A stretch of 64,000 bases of DNA, taken from NCBI GenBank assembly GCA_965153285.1, contig OZ229118.1. One strand, written 5' to 3'. Numbering within the stretch: the first letter of the stretch is position 1; each line of letters opens with the position of its first letter. Made by a program: the position numbers and the translations under genes. This document shows positions 23,550 through 34,979 of this stretch, piece by piece. Source of the stretch: Podarcis tiliguerta. Its lineage: Eukaryota. The notes under the pieces were generated by a model. That model made no database searches, was not told the DNA's origin, and saw only the letters and a program-made list of their open reading frames with translations.

Positions 23550-26500
23550 TATTTGCAATAATAGCAATACATTGCAGGTACCAGTTCATTGTGCAATCAA
23601 CACACATACCGTGCATATCCTTAGTTGAGAAGATGGTTACTGCAAAATGTATATATAAAATAATATATAAAAATACTTACTGTTCAATAGAAGAGAGCAT
23701 TTGAAAGAATATCAAAATATAACTCTGGTACAGCTGTAAAAATTAAGCATGACTATCAAGAGCTGGGTGCTAAATGTGAACATCTGGAGCTAGGAAACTA
23801 AGGGACACTGGAGTTTGGTCAGGTGTTGTCTATGTGAGACCATTCAGTTATTTCTCTTGTAGCAATATAGCCACACAGTCGGGCTATGTTTTATCTTAAA
23901 CTCATACTGAAGCCATGAACTAGGAGATCTATATTTAACTTCTATTCTGCTTCTCTGGAGACACTTGCCAGATGTTGGTCTCTGGGTTAAAGCTACTTAT
24001 TCTCACCACAGACTTTTGTAGGTTAGAAATTACCACGAGCATTTGTTTTAGTAACATTATATTTTTCCTATAGCCTGCATGTCTTTGGTCAGGTTTCTCA
24101 GTATTTATATCTTAGAAATTAAGCTCCGTCTCTCTGCCGTATGTTTTTCCCACTGTCTCATGCTAAATAGTATTGCATGTGTAGAACACAATCACCAGCA
24201 CAGGCCTCTGTTTCCCAGTTAGTAAATCACTAGACAAGGGGTTTCCTGAATGAAGGGAAATGCTGATTTTGAAAGTACTTGGAGATGGAGGGGTTTGTGA
24301 GTGCTGGATGTGCTGAATCAGTGATCCAACACCCTCAAGATGCATGTAAAAATTCACAATCTGCTTGCTGAGAGCTGCTCGTAGAAAACTAGAAGTGTTG
24401 AGATGATTCTTAATACTGAGCATGTCTCCAAACTTAAACCACTGGAATGTTATCTTCACTGATAACTCTATTGCTTACTGAAGTGTTTGAGTCATTTATA
24501 ACAGGTATTGTACATACCTTGAACCTGCTTATAAACTTTACAGGTTATGTCTGTCACTAAAGTCTTAAAACCAGGACTGAGCAAAATAATCAGTCAACAG
24601 AAAATTTGGGGATGGAATTTGGTCTTTGTGGGGTAGGAAATCCCCTTGGAAAAAACTACTCAATTTACTTCCAGATTTGTTTCTTCTATGCCTGTTACAG
24701 CCACAATAATCACTACTATTTTGCTGGAAGATCAGGAGAGTTGTCTGGTTGCCTAGGCAATGTGTAGATGCTGTCCTGTCCTCCAGCACTGAATTGGGTT
24801 GGGTGGGGGGTTATTCAGTGTCAGGGGAAAATCTACAGCCCCCTTCGTGCATTGATTAAAATAGGGTTGCAACTTTGCTGCCTGCAAACAAGGTTCCAAA
24901 GTAAGCAAGTTAGTTTCAGTTCACCTCTACTTAAGAATAACTGCACATTCTGTAGGTTATTGGCTAAAACTTGACCCAGAGAAATCCAAGAAAGTGTTGG
25001 GTTAACACTTGACCCCACCATTCATTGAATGCCTGTTCCCCTTAAGGGCAAGTATCTGCTGCAGCTCCAGCTCCAGTGTATTGTAATGAGCTTGCGTATT
25101 CTGAGCATGACCTTTGAAGCCACTTGGAGCATTCCAAAGCGGGATGGTGGGATTAAGTTACAATGCTGACTGAAGAGTGTCAGTACCTAGCCAGCTTCCC
25201 AGAAAAGCCTGTGGAAAGCCTTTTAGGGAGGGTGCTCAAAGCTGGTGGGAATCTTTCACCAGACATTCAGCTTGGGCAATTGGAAGAAGAAAGTGGAGCC
25301 AGGGTGCACTCGAGGAGGCTGATAAGTGGAAGGAGGAGCTGGAAGAGTGGCTACAGATGAGAAACAGAGGAACTGAAGAGGAGCAGGGACTGGTTCCCAG
25401 TACCTAAGAGGGCAGTGTGTCATCAGCTGATCATCAGAATTCCACTCTCTGCCTTATATTGAGCTCTGATCAGGCCTTGTTAGCTATTTTAGAGCACTGA
25501 AGAGGACTTAACTTTTTCTCAGGCGGCTCCTTATGGAAGCCATGCAAAGCCAGAAGAACTGGTATATGCTTCAACAAATGTAGTGGCAGCCTGATGGATA
25601 GGAGGTGCTCTGACAACCCTCTTCCCCCTTATGAATTCACTCTCTGCAATTCTTTACCAGTCCTGCATTATTTGTAATGAGCCTGTGTTTTCCCACCCCT
25701 GTCATTTAGATACTGGGCGTATTTTAATCAACTGAAGAGAATTTTATTATTGCATTAAGTATGGACAAGGACTTATTCTAAGCCTGTAAAAGGGATGGTG
25801 TTAATCATTAATCCTTTCTTCTGAAATATAGTTATGGTCTTCATTGACTAAAGGGTGTGGGAATGTATGAGAATATTTGCAATAAATAAAATATTGTACA
25901 TTTGTTTTAGAATATCTCTTACTGCTGTAACTTATAGGTTGCCTCAGGCATATTGCATTATGGCAAATCTCTTTTTATTTGTTAATACTAAGGGCACAAA
26001 CAATATGTTGTATATAAAACATAGTAACAGACTGCTTTTTTTATTCTATTTGAACCAAAATCCAATGTGTTGGCCTAAATTTTGCAAGAGTGTGTCAGTG
26101 TGGGTGTGTAAATATAATTGAATAAATGGATGTGGGATTATAGCTACAATTTTATCTTTCTTGCCAGGATTCCATGAGGAACGAGTACTTTTAAAATGCC
26201 TTCAGTTTCCAAGAAGGTTCAGCCCCTCTAAATGCAACTTTGATGTTGTGATTTTCTCTACAGGGACTGCTGCTCAGCCCACCCTATGTTGGAACACTGA
26301 ATATCATGATGAGGATCTGATCCTGAATGGAGATACTGAATGCTACCAAAATACAAGTAAATAAAAGTAAAAGTAATAACATAATAATGACAGAGAAATG
26401 CTGCTTCACAAGTTTACCCAGTAAACTCAAATTATTTTTATGGAGAAAAAAATGGGTTTATGCACAAAAACATACCGTTAAGCATTTTACAACAATGACA

Positions 26501-26874
26501 TATTGCATTCATTCCTCTTGTGGGGAACATGTGCCAAGTAATTATAGTAGTTGTCTTGTAAAGTACAGGGCCAGATATAATCCAAAGCTACACTTCGATC
26601 TCACGATCAGCATTCTTGAATTATAGCACCATTGACTGAACAGAAGCTGATAATTTGACTTTGATATCTAGGTTATACAACACTTATGGAATTTGCCATA
26701 TATATCCTTAACTACCTTCCTTAAATGAACAAAAGTAATGAACACTTGAAGGGCATGGCTATGGTGTACTGGAAGAAGTTGCTGCATTTAATGCTAGTTA
26801 GTTAGTTCTCAGCTGGACTACCACAGTGTGTGTGTGTGTTTAGAAGTGAAGCTACAGGTGAGTGAAACATATAT

Positions 26875-26948
26875 GATTACTGCATTGCAGGGGTTTGGAC
26901 TAGATGACTCTTGGAGTCCCTTCAAACTCTACAATTCTATGATTCTAT
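26875..26948 (+). mobile_element. CR1-type 3' terminus
   Basis: ctgcattgcaggggtttggactagatgactcttggagtcccttcaaactctacaattctatgattcta. Confidence 0.8.
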
Positions 26949-27843
26949 ATAGGGTTCAGAGTACAAATCTCAACTTTGAAAGAACAGAGTCTGTTTAAGC
27001 TGGACAAAAAAGGATTAAGAATAGATATGATAAACAGTTTTAATACTACACATATAGCCAAAAACTTGTGGGAGAATGAGAAATAACAGGAACTGTTGTC
27101 CTGGGATATATAGAGGACAATGTAGTTGAGAGGTGCCGCTCTATATGTCAAAGAGCAAAATAAATTCATAAATTAGAAATCTTAGAAGAAACAAGATGTT
27201 TGGATTGAATTATCCAAGCAAATAATAATATAGTACTAAGGATATATTACTCTTCACCCTTTTCAGGGGCTTTCTCCTTAGCAGAAACTATGCATGTAGC
27301 ATCAGCTTCCTGCCAAAGACTTTGGGACTTGTAGTTCTAGTACCTGGAGAGAAAGGATGCTGTTCCAGGACTTGGGAATGCTTGAACCTGCTTTCCACTG
27401 CCTCAAGGTATGTTTCTTGGCCTTGAAACAGAGGAAGGGAAGGTTATGCATTCATACCAGTGCTCTATACTTGTGGATATGCAATTATAGGAAAAACGTG
27501 CAAAATACACCTTTTCACTTGGCCTTTGAGTCATTGTGAGGGTGTTAACAACTTGGTTTAGTGAACAGTCCATTAGAAGTATTTTCTTTCCGCTTTAGTT
27601 TTTCATTATTTTGCTATATTGATTTTAGTTTTGGTTATTATTATTTTTGTATATCTTTTAGTAAACTACTCTGTGCTGCTAATATGAAGAGTGGAATAAA
27701 AATGAGATAATAAACAATAATAATGAAAAATGCATTCCATGGTTGATTATAAGGCCTAAACATTGGTCCACACAGGGAGTGTCTCTAAATGATTTTATGA
27801 TGCTGTATTTGTTTTTTAAGTTTCCTTTTAGCAGTAATACTTA

Positions 27844-28093
27844 CCGTATTTTTTGCTCTATAAGACTCACTTTTTCCCTCCTAAAAAGTAAGGGGAAATG
27901 TGTGTGTGTGTTATGGAGTGAATGCAGGCTGCACAGCTATCCCAGAAGCCAGAACAGTAAGAGGGATCGCTGTGCAGCGATCCCTCTTGCTGTTCTAGCT
28001 TCTGAGATTCAGAATATTTTTTCTCTTGTTTTCCTCCTCCAAAAACTAGGTGTGTCTTATGGTCTGGTGCGTCTTATAGAGCGAAAAATATGG
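27844..28093. mobile_element. Tc1/mariner (Tigger-like) MITE with a central 30-bp hairpin
   Basis: TA|ccgtattttttgctctataagac ... gtcttatagagcgaaaaatatgg|TA TIRs, subterminal gtcttat repeats, and an internal inverted repeat at 27943-28004. Confidence 0.9.
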
Positions 28094-28165
28094 TATTTTC
28101 TGTCAGTTCATCAACATAGTCCTCACAGTAAAAAACACTCTATAGTTGGCAGATATGGCCAATCT

Positions 28166-28272
28166 GTGCCCCTCCTGAATGACAACTCCCATCATCCCAC
28201 TGCCCATGCCAACTGGGTCTCACGAGAGTTGTAGTTCAGCAACACCTGGAGGATCAAAGGTTAACTACCCCT
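28166..28272. mobile_element. Degraded hAT-type MITE related to 7388-7516
   Basis: acaactcccatcatccc...gagttgtagttcagcaacacctggagg..aaggttaactacccct core. Confidence 0.5.
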
Positions 28273-28484
28273 CGGGGCTTAAATGATAACAACCTGCCTC
28301 CCTCGCCCCGTGACCCCAGCTGAAAAAAAAATTACATGTTCATTAGGATAGCCTTCTTCCAGTGTTTCTTCAAAAATCTGAATTCTCCCTAATGTTGAAT
28401 GAAAATATGAAAGTTATCCACAAAAACTGGTGTTGTATTATAAAACCACATTTGTATCAAAACAAACTATAGGAATGTTCAGTT

Positions 28485-28598
28485 TCATAGAATTGCAGAG
28501 TTGGAAGGGATCCCGAGGGTCATCTAGTCCAACCCCCTGCAATGCAGGAATCTCAATTAGCTCATACATGACAGATGGTCATCCAGCCTCTGCTTAAA
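28485..28598 (-). mobile_element. CR1 3' terminus, reversed
   Basis: tcatagaattgcagagttggaagggatcccgagggtcatctagtccaaccccctgcaatgcaggaatc is the reverse complement of the tail seen at 26875-26948. Confidence 0.85.
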
Positions 28599-29599
28599 TG
28601 TATTAATATTTATGTCCTGCTTTTTCCAGTAAGAAAGTTAGGGAAATAGGGTAATTATTAGCTTCCAACTGAAGAAAGGTTTTTCCTGCCAAGTAAACTT
28701 GTAGCAGCCTGTTTTCACCAAGCTTCTTTATATTACTTAAGGGAGAGAGGAGAATGAAAAATTTGGAACAATTTAACTGTAGTATTGAAACACAATATGA
28801 CCTTAAACAGTATTTCTAATTTTGTTCCATTCATGATCAAGAAATGGTAATTTAAATTACTCTAACCCCATTATAATTTGAATAATTACAATTTATTAAT
28901 AATTACGTGATTGGATTTTAAATGCACAATACAATCACAAATAATCTTGTTGAATTAAGAAACTTAAAGTGAACTAAAAACAACCCTAATACAGCTGGAT
29001 CATTGCTCAGCTTTGACATTAGAGCTCTATAATAGGTTCATAGGAATTCAAAAGCATAAAGGGGGGAAAGACTGATATGGCAACAGCTCTTTTTCTTTTA
29101 TTCTTTTCATTTTTCATCTATGAGGTTACAATTTTTGCAGCTGGTCAGAAATATCATGTTCCCTACTGTCTCAAAAGACTGTACATGACTAATCTTAACC
29201 ATGCTTCAAACTGAACATATAAGCAGCTGTTGAAAATACAACAGGCATTATGAAAAAGTTTACCAATGTACCAACAAGCATAAAGCACCTTCTTTTACAA
29301 TGCCTGTTAATATATATTTGAAGCTATAAACTTGAGCACTGCAGACATTTGCATTTTGCGTCACATTAGTTGTATTTTTTGTAGAAGTTTACCTAATGGA
29401 CAAATTGACTACTGGTTTAATGGGCAATCATTCTGCAGAGCATTTAACAGAAGCATCTACTGAGATGGCCTTAGAATGTTTAGGTTGATGGTAGAGTTTT
29501 TACAGGATAATCCCCAAATGGTAGATGAGCTTTTGGAATAGCTGTAGCTAAGATAATACAGATTAATATTTAAGTGATTACTTAGATATTTAAGTATTA

Positions 29600-29841
29600 C
29601 AGTGGTACTTCGGGTTACATACGCTTCAGGTTACGGATGCTTCAGGTTACAGACTCTGCTAACCCAGAAATAGTACCTCGGGTTAAGAACTTTGCTTCAG
29701 GATGAGAACAGAAATTGTGCTCCGGCGGCACGGCGGCAGCAGGAGGCCCCATTAGCTAAAGTGGTGCTTCAGGTTAAGAACAGTTTCAGGTTAAGAACGG
29801 ACCTCTGGAACGAATTAAATACTTAACCTGAGGTACCACTG
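29600..29841. mobile_element. Tc1/mariner (pogo/Tigger-like) MITE, copy 3, most complete
   Basis: TA|cagtggtacttcgggtta ... taacctgaggtaccactg|TA. Confidence 0.95.
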
Positions 29842-31139
29842 TACTTATCCACACCATTCTGTGTCTTAATCCTAATAGAATTCAGTCAACAAGAAATAGT
29901 TTTTCATTCTTATTATTGTGCCAGTTTTTCAGGTTTACATAAATTAGTTGCAGCACAATATACAAATATAGTTTTGATACCTTACTGTACAATGTTCTGT
30001 CTTAATGCTTAACAATTGACTTACTGTTGTTATAAACCACTGACTCCTGTGGCATCTTTAAAGACTTTATTTATTGTGGCATGAACCACTGCCAAACAGT
30101 AGAACATACTATGTGGACCACCAGTTCACATATTCTGTAAATCTGTGCACTTGCAGGAGCTGTGCTGTTTTTGCTGAACACTGTATTGCAACTACTAGCC
30201 TCAGTGCATTGATCCCCTTCAAGCACGCAGGCAGTATGATCTGCAACGGTTCCCTGCCTCCAAGGTCTAGTGTCCCAGGGAGGAAATAAATTCATGCAGA
30301 GCTACTCACTCTGCTGATATGAGTCACCATATGCAGACGCTCTGGACTGTTATGTATACCTTTAAATCAGAATTAAAAGATATTAAACTGCAGATATTTC
30401 CAAACATCTCTAAAATACTTTACACATTTGAAATCCTACTTTCTTTATTGGCTCGAGAGTCAACATTGTCAGAGTGATAAGACAACTCAGCAATCAAAAG
30501 TGCCATCGAGCTTGAAAACCTTTGTGGTCAGCATGCTTCATTTGGTAGTTTAAAGTGGCTTGCTCACCCTTTTATTTCTGAATTTAAAAGTGTTTAATTC
30601 CATAAATTTGAAAAGAGTAAAAGTCCATTATTTCATGGGAGCAAACAGATTTGATGAGCATTTGAATATTTTGGGTCAGCACATTGGCATTTAAAATGCT
30701 GCCAATTAGTGCTGAAGGTTCAGAATTCAGCTCAAATGTAGACAATGACAAAATAATGATAATTGGGACACAAATGAATAGCTCAGAAGACTTTCAGAAA
30801 CATAATTTCTATCATAAGTCTGAGAAGGAGGGCTGGTAGTTGTCTTAAAGCTATTCCTAACCACAAAGGTTTGTATCCAAAATAGAATACAGATTTTTGC
30901 ACAACAAAATGTTCTCCCCCTCTCCTCCCCTATGTGCCCCATGAACCTGTAGTAGGGGTTCCCCCAACGCTTCAGAACAAATTTAGGGAGGGTGTGGTGG
31001 GAAGAGAAGGGGGAAGTTGATTGATTTATTGTGTTTATGACACTTTTCCCACAATGAACTGTTCCCCATGCAGCTTACAGCAAACATTCAAAACATCAAA
31101 ATACAAAGCACTGGGAATATAAATAAACAAAATACTGAA

Positions 31140-31698
31140 TTCAATACAGGAGTTAATAAACAAACATTGGCACGTAATTCAACACATCCCCAGATGCAAT
31201 CTTTCCCCATTAATTGGTCTGAGGAGGGGCAAAACTATTAAAGAATCCTTAGATCGGATATTCTTCAACTGGAGACATCTCCTAATGCAGTTCAGGGCCA
31301 TTCTAAATGTCGGCACTGCAGGGTCTTCCACATGTCACTTAACCTTAGAGTTTCAGGGTCCACACACTGGATGCATTTGGAAATTGAACTGTTCTTCAAC
31401 TTGCCAATCACCACATGTCATGTATGGGATTATATGCCCGTGTAAGAAAAATGTATGTATGATAAGAATTCTATTGTGGATGCACCCCTGGTGCAACACT
31501 ACATCGAATATGGCCATACAGATGAGGACATATGTTTTTGGTGTTACAGGCTTATAAGCCACACCCGAATAACTTACCAGATGTTAAAAATATATTTTTG
31601 CAATTTGAGCCCAAGTGGATCTTCCACCTAGATTTGAGCCCAAGTGGATTACTCCAAACGGCTGGAACTTTCATTTAGAATTGAGTTGTTTTCTGTGA
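31140..31698 (+). mobile_element. Penelope-like retroelement remnant (linker plus GIY-YIG endonuclease C-terminus)
   Basis: Frameshifted translation HWHVIQHIP..PLIGLRRGKTIKESL, TCQSPHVMYGIICPCKK.YV, DAPLVQHY..GH, LQFEPKWIFHL...TPNGWNFHLELSCFL* follows the Penelope GIY-YIG motif order. Stop at 31696-31698. Confidence 0.8.
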
Positions 31699-31744
31699 TC
31701 CCTTTTTATGATCCTTTAGTAGATCATCTTTGACGAAACAAGAG

Positions 31745-31855
31745 TATTGTCCTGCTTCTGGGCATCTCAAGGCATCTGGTTAGCCACTTTGAGAACAGAA
31801 TGCTGCACTGGATAAGTATTTGATCTGATCCAGAAGAACGGTTCCTGCATTCTTA
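31745..31855 (+). mobile_element. CR1/LF-SINE-like 3' tail, degraded
   Basis: ggcatctggttagccactttgagaacagaatgctgcactggat...tctgatccag...ttctta. Confidence 0.55.
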
Positions 31856-34051
31856 CAAACTATTTCATCTGTTCCTGTGGCTATGTTGATACCATGTTCC
31901 ATTCTGGGCAAGGGATCTTCTAATATTGCTCCCTTTCCCTTTCTACCTCTTGCCAGCAAGTTTTGTGGAGCCACCTTTTTGTCCTCTCAGTACCATACCT
32001 TCTGGTCCAAATTGCATTTATTTTTTACACTGACCCATTAGTCTGATGGTGGTATTGCCTACTATTTCAGTGTGCATTCTTCCTTGTATACATGTTCCCT
32101 ACACATTTCTCTTGCAAAATTCTTATTACATGTACAGTAATAAAAAGGGAGGACTGCGTGCCATTACATGGATATGCCATTTATAATAATTGATCCTGCA
32201 CTGGGACTTGATTCTGTTCTTGGGATAGGGGCTGTCATCTATCATATGTTCATACTTTTATGAGATAAACATGTAAACATTAATTACCAGCCAATCCCGT
32301 GTTTCTGTTAAATTAATATAATGTAGCCACAATCCTATGCAATCCCAGCAATAAAGTAGAAAGCAAAACAATAGCAATAGGAACAATATATAACATAGCA
32401 AACCCAAACATTTTTATAGTGCCCCGGGTAACTTTGTTGGCATTGGGCATCGATAGCACTCCCACAATCAATCTGTGACCTAGCAAAGTGGATGGCAATC
32501 ATGGCTGCCAGCAGCCACAGCTTGTACAGTTCTGCATTGAGATTTGAACTACTGGCATCACAAACTTGACAAGGAACAGGATATATGCAGGCCATTTGAC
32601 AGATAAGTAGCCAAACAAGACAAGACAGGGACTGATGCTATGCTAATCACAACAGCCAACCAACTTCTAAGTAGGTGTTTTAATATATAACGCAAGAACT
32701 AATATTAATAGAAATAAAACCCAAATCTATCAATGTTAATTGAATTTTTACTCAAATATAAGTATGATCCTCAATTTACATATTTAACTTATACATTATT
32801 TTGATAAGTGACGAAGTATTAAATGAGATAAATTTAGCTAACTGAAAATTTCTTCTATATAGTAGTATGTGGAATAAGACACAATTTGTTCTGCTGAATA
32901 TTACAGAAATGTTGGTCCCATGTAAAAGTTGGCTTTCCTGAGTGCACTTCTATGGTTATGTTATTGTATATTCAAATGTGTCTTGAGAACCAGGCCCTTA
33001 CTGTGACCAATGCCTAGAGAGAGTAGAGAAGTAAGACATGCTGGAGTGCTCAGACTACTGCAAGTTTTCTCTGCTCTAGTTAATGTTCTGCTGATAATTA
33101 GAACCAGACCTTTAAAGAATCAGACCTTTAAAGCAGCACTCGGTGTGATGGACCATTTTCATGTCCCTAGTCTGCAGTGTTCTTCTCTTGGCTTTTAAAA
33201 GTCCTGTCTTATTATACCTGTCAAGCTCCTTGAAGAGCAAACTGGAGAGGAATGAATCCATGAAGGATGCATCTCACAATGAAAGACATGTTGAAAATTC
33301 TGAGAAAGGAAGAAAAATAAATGTAAATGAAGGGGACCCACTCAAAAACGGATTCTGCAAATAAGGAAACTGAGTATTCTTGTGCAGTCTTACTAACAGG
33401 TGGTGAGAGGAACAGTACAAATCTGATTATTGTTGAGGCTATAAGATCACTCAGCAATGTTGTATTCTATGTTATTTTTTGGCACTGAGGCCTGGTGCAA
33501 TGCAGTGATTCATGAAGGTAGGTGATGAGGCAGTTCTGTATACATCTGGTCTGGAATCTCTCGTTTAGGTATTATAATAGATTACACAAAAAGAATGACA
33601 GTGAATACCTAAATATAATAAATTCCATTAGATTAACCATAATTACTTAAGAAGTTTATTAGCTCTTATGCAGAGCAAAAATGAAATAATTTTGTTTTTG
33701 TTTTTGCACGTTCAAGCTGGTGACTAATCACTTTTATGTTTTGTTATCAGAACAAAGGAGGGGTGTCTGCAATCGTAATTAAGGTTGGTTTGGACTTGGC
33801 CAGATAGATAGAATACATTTGTATTAGTCATTCACCCATCTTTGGAACCCACTTGGGTTTCAGAGAACCCTTGCATAGAGCAGAATAGTAATGTGAAAAC
33901 TGACACACAATTCACTGTGGCGACAGTTCCTAGGCTACTTATGCTGGAGTGTTGGCAATAAAGTCAGTAGAAATACAGTGTGCTTGTGATCATCCCATGA
34001 TAATAAATGAACCAGATTGATGGTAAAAGGGAACACAAACTCATAAGGGAG

Positions 34052-34143
34052 TAAAGGTAAAAAGTAAAAGTAAATGACCACTTGATGGTTAGGTCCAGTC
34101 AAAGGCAACTATGGGGTTAGGTGCAGTCAAAGGCAACTATTGG
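34052..34143 (-). mobile_element. Sauria SINE-type 3' tail fragment with an internal 26-bp tandem duplication
   Basis: taaaggtaaa.. tail followed by ggttaggt(c/g)cagtcaaaggcaactat twice (34087-34112, 34115-34140). Confidence 0.55.
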
Positions 34144-34714
34144 GTGTGTGGTGGCTGTGTTCTACTGTGCCTCTGAATGCCAGTTGCTGGAAATCACAAG
34201 TTGGAGAGCACTGTTGCAATCAAGTCCTGCTTACTGTCTTCATTAGGTTCATCTTGGTAATGCCTGCCAATTACTGGCCCTCAATATTTTGTAAATTTGT
34301 GACATCAGGCCTCTTGCTGAGAAATAGCTACATTAAATTTCAAATCATATTGTAATTACCAGTAAAGATTTTAATGATACCCATGTGTTCTATTTTTTTC
34401 TTATAACTTTAAAAACGGAACCGAGTGACCTCCTTGTAGGATATCTACTAATTTGAAAACCTTCAGAACATAAACCTCAAGGAAAAGGCTAGCAGGCATG
34501 TATCTCAGGAAACATTTCGCCTCATTTATCCCCAATTAAGAAAAAGTAAACAGCAGGTTAGAATCAATAGCTTTGCCTTCTGCATAGACAGTATTAGGCT
34601 TTTAATGAGCAATGCAGAGGTTTTCCATCTGCCCCCAGTATTTGTTGTGGTTCTCTAATCTCATAATGTACCTGAGCTTCAGCTAAACATAGGTATCTCA
34701 GCTAAGTTGATTGA

Positions 34715-34979
34715 GGGTTTAGCCACACTTACTTTTCATCCTCACTTTCCAGGCGCAGTCTACAATTTAAAGCTCTGTCCAAGCACCCCCTTTTCAGCTC
34801 CAGAGTTTTCCCTGCGAAAACCCACTTTTTAAAGCTCACTTGGAGCAAACATCAATTTGTGGAAAACCCAAAGCGACTTTGGTTCCGATTCAGCTTTAAA
34901 GAGTGGGTTTTCGTGGAGCATTAGAAGTGTGGACCTCTACCTGGAAAGAGCAGGGCAAAATGTAAGTGTGAATAAGTCC
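34715..34979. mobile_element. PIF/Harbinger-type MITE, 265 bp
   Basis: ~40-bp imperfect TIRs (gggtttagccacacttac...tttccagg / cctggaaa...gtaagtgtgaataagtcc), inner arms cgaaaacccactttttaaagct / agctttaaagagtgggttttcg, and a 3-bp TSD TGA (34712-34714, 34980-34982). Confidence 0.75.

Noticed and set aside
24996-25720. GA-rich LTR-like segment
   Set aside because: Composition is suggestive, but I could not define termini, a TSD, a PBS or a PPT.
26264-26356. Exon-like segment GTAAQPTLCWNTEYHDEDLILNGDTECYQNT
   Set aside because: Acceptor is plausible but the donor is weak (CAA|gtaaat) and the peptide is unrecognised.
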